From positions 1,798,001 through 1,862,000 of the forward strand of contig LSRY02000009.1 of assembly GCA_001643675.2 (NCBI GenBank): a DNA stretch of 64,000 nucleotides, read 5' to 3'. The notes beneath the pieces are model-generated. The model was given only the letters and a program-made list of their open reading frames with translations. It made no database searches and was not told the origin of the DNA. Both the position numbers and the translations under genes were made by a program. The DNA comes from Monocercomonoides exilis PA203. Its lineage: Eukaryota; Protista; Preaxostyla. This document shows positions 61,901-64,000 of this stretch, piece by piece (within the stretch, counting starts at the first letter, position 1; each line of letters begins with the position of its first letter).

Positions 61901-62991
61901 AAGGAGGAGAAGGAAAACCGCTACCGTACAAGCTGATAGTGATTGAGAAGGAATTTGGAAACTTTAAGCAACTTGCGATTTACGGAAGAAATGACAATAC
62001 AAACAAAGGGAGACGAACTGACGAAGAGAAAAGCGAAAAGAACGAATATTTTTTGGAGATGAAAGGGAAAAAGACAAAACCAGAGCCAATTATCAAAATA
62101 AAAGAGGCAGAGAATGGTCTGTGCCTGTGGGATTCAGGGCTTGTGATGCTTCATGAGGCTCGGACAACAGTCTTTGAAGACTGCTCGTTTGTCAACATCA
62201 GCGAGGGAATCATCTTCACAGACGGAAGTTCCTTGAATCTGAGCAACTGCAGCTTTGCAGACAACCATCCAATCGATGCGGATTGGGAGAAATTCCCTTC
62301 ACTGCGGCACAACATTCGAGCTAAAGGAAAACAACCTTCTTCTGTCTGTGTTATATCTCTGGCACAGGGAAGCGACGGGACGGAAGGGAAGCCGTTTGGA
62401 ATGATTGCGGATGGGAATGCGAGCGGAGAAGCAGCGAAAAAAATGGACTCTCTCTTCTTTTCGCCTGTGCTGAAGAATGTGACGATAGTGAAAGATGCTG
62501 AATGCGCAAACAGGGGAAAAAGAGAAGCAAATGGAAAAGATAAAGAAAATGAGGAAGAAACAGTGACTGGGATTATTCATGGAAGCTATCTATTTCCTTG
62601 TGAATTGACATTTGAAGCTGCAAAGGAAAGAAAAGGAGAAGAGCTGAAATGGGTTGACTGCCCAGTGACAGACTTTGTGGGAGAGGCAGAAATGAAAGTG
62701 AAGATTCCCAAGGCTCTTCTGGATGGAGATGATCAAACTTCGGTTGTGTGCAGTTTGTCATATTCGAGCGGCATAACTGCAAATGAAAAGAAGCACACAA
62801 AAGACTGGTTTTTGGTGAAGCGGAAAGAGGACAATCCGAAGAAATTAACGACAACACAGCTGATTATAGTTATAGCTTCTTCTTGCGCATTTGCAGTTGT
62901 TGTGGCTGTGATTTTTGTGGTTGTCGTGTGTGTTGTGAAAAGAAGGAAGCGAAGAGACTACAAAGAAATTAAAGAAGGGAGCAAATTTTGA
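58922..62991 (+). CDS. ~1350-aa type I membrane surface protein with a pectin-lyase-like/Pmp-like beta-helix ectodomain; one frame discontinuity at ~59320
   Basis: Hydrophobic N-terminus MFVIIALFASSFSSS. Repeated GGG/GGAI and FxxC/FxxN motifs. Three CGxxxxPC modules. TM LIIVIASSCAFAVVVAVIFVVVVCVV followed by KRRKRR and YKEI. ORFs 58922-59329 and 59332-62991 join with one extra A or through an intron. Confidence 0.85.
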
Positions 62992-64000
62992 GAAAGATAA
63001 AAAGGATGCTAAAATAAATTTTTTTTGTTCTGATTACCCAATGAGTGAGAATATTTCTGAAAATATTTATTTTATTTTATTTCTTCATTTTCATTTTTAT
63101 TATTCATTTATTGCTTTGATTTCTATGCAGTTATGTATTTTAGAGTATTTGAACATTCAATTATCTGTAAATTGAATTCCCTCCAATTGAAAAGATGACA
63201 AATTCAATAATTATAAATTTATGAGATTATTTGGTTTGAATTTACTGTAATGTACAGTTCATTTCAAAGATATTTAGAGAACTTCAAAAATAAAAGAGAT
63301 ACAATTACTATTTTCTTGTTCATGGCTAAAAACTTGTTGAATTCAAAGTGCCACATTATGAATTCAATATATATATTTTTAAAATAAATTCCAGGAATTT
63401 ATTTGATAAATTTGTGCACGCTTTTTAATAATTTTATAAGAGTTCGATGATATCTGAAAAAGAAAAACGAAACGAAAGAATACCAAAACAAGTTCTTTGA
63501 TTTGTAACATTTTCACTTTTTCAAGATGAATCGTTTTCACATTTCTTCTCCACTTCTTGAAAACACTTGGTGCTGAAGAAAACTGACTGGCTTCCTTTTC
63601 TGCAAAGTCTATTTCAGATTTTTAGATGAACACAAAATAGTCTCTCTTTTGAATATCATTAAAGTAAAAAGAATTCTCCTGTGCACAATTTTCTTCATCT
63701 ATTTTGTGAGATAATAAAAATTTGATTAATTGAGAGATCATAAAAATAAATTGTTAAAAAATGACAAGGAAAAAGATGATGAGAATATGGGAAAGTTTCA
63801 ATTTTACTTTTTCTTGAACTTCAAGCAACAGTTTAAAAATGTGCAAAATGGGAAAAAAGACCAATTAACTTTTTCAAATCATTTTTCAATTCAATTGGTC
63901 TTTCAAAAAAGCTGTTGGTAATATCTTCGAACACCATTTCCTCAAATACTTCCCTTAGGGTCAACTTTTTAATGGGACTTTTTTCTTTATTGGCACTTTT

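Overview
AT-rich eukaryotic DNA with short GT-AG introns, many microsatellites and the standard genetic code. The gene families and overall style look like the oxymonad Monocercomonoides; this is recognition only, not a search result. No rRNA, tRNA or CRISPR was seen. Main contents: (i) five dispersed paralogs of one 3-exon, ~440-aa helical protein family (3 intact, 1 frameshifted, 1 clear pseudogene); (ii) an intronless protein of eleven 30-aa Trp/Met-rich, ankyrin-like repeats; (iii) a ~1350-aa type I membrane protein with a GGA(I/L) beta-helix ectodomain, plus a decayed relative; (iv) a dense set of DNA transposons. The best-supported and most interesting element is a complete 6.2-kb hAT transposon (34587-40796) with 15-bp TIRs, a perfect 8-bp TSD (ACTAAACA) and an intact 918-aa DDE transposase. 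It carries a host-type receptor pseudokinase fragment as cargo. Also present are a complete Merlin/IS1595-type element with an 8-bp TSD, a second Merlin remnant, a CACC...GGTG MITE/foldback family (including a ~900-bp near-perfect palindrome) and further inverted-repeat elements. Taken together, the window suggests that DNA transposons capture and move pieces of an expanded surface-receptor/kinase gene family (inference). Most short ORFs in the track are microsatellite or shadow ORFs, or fragments of decayed genes.
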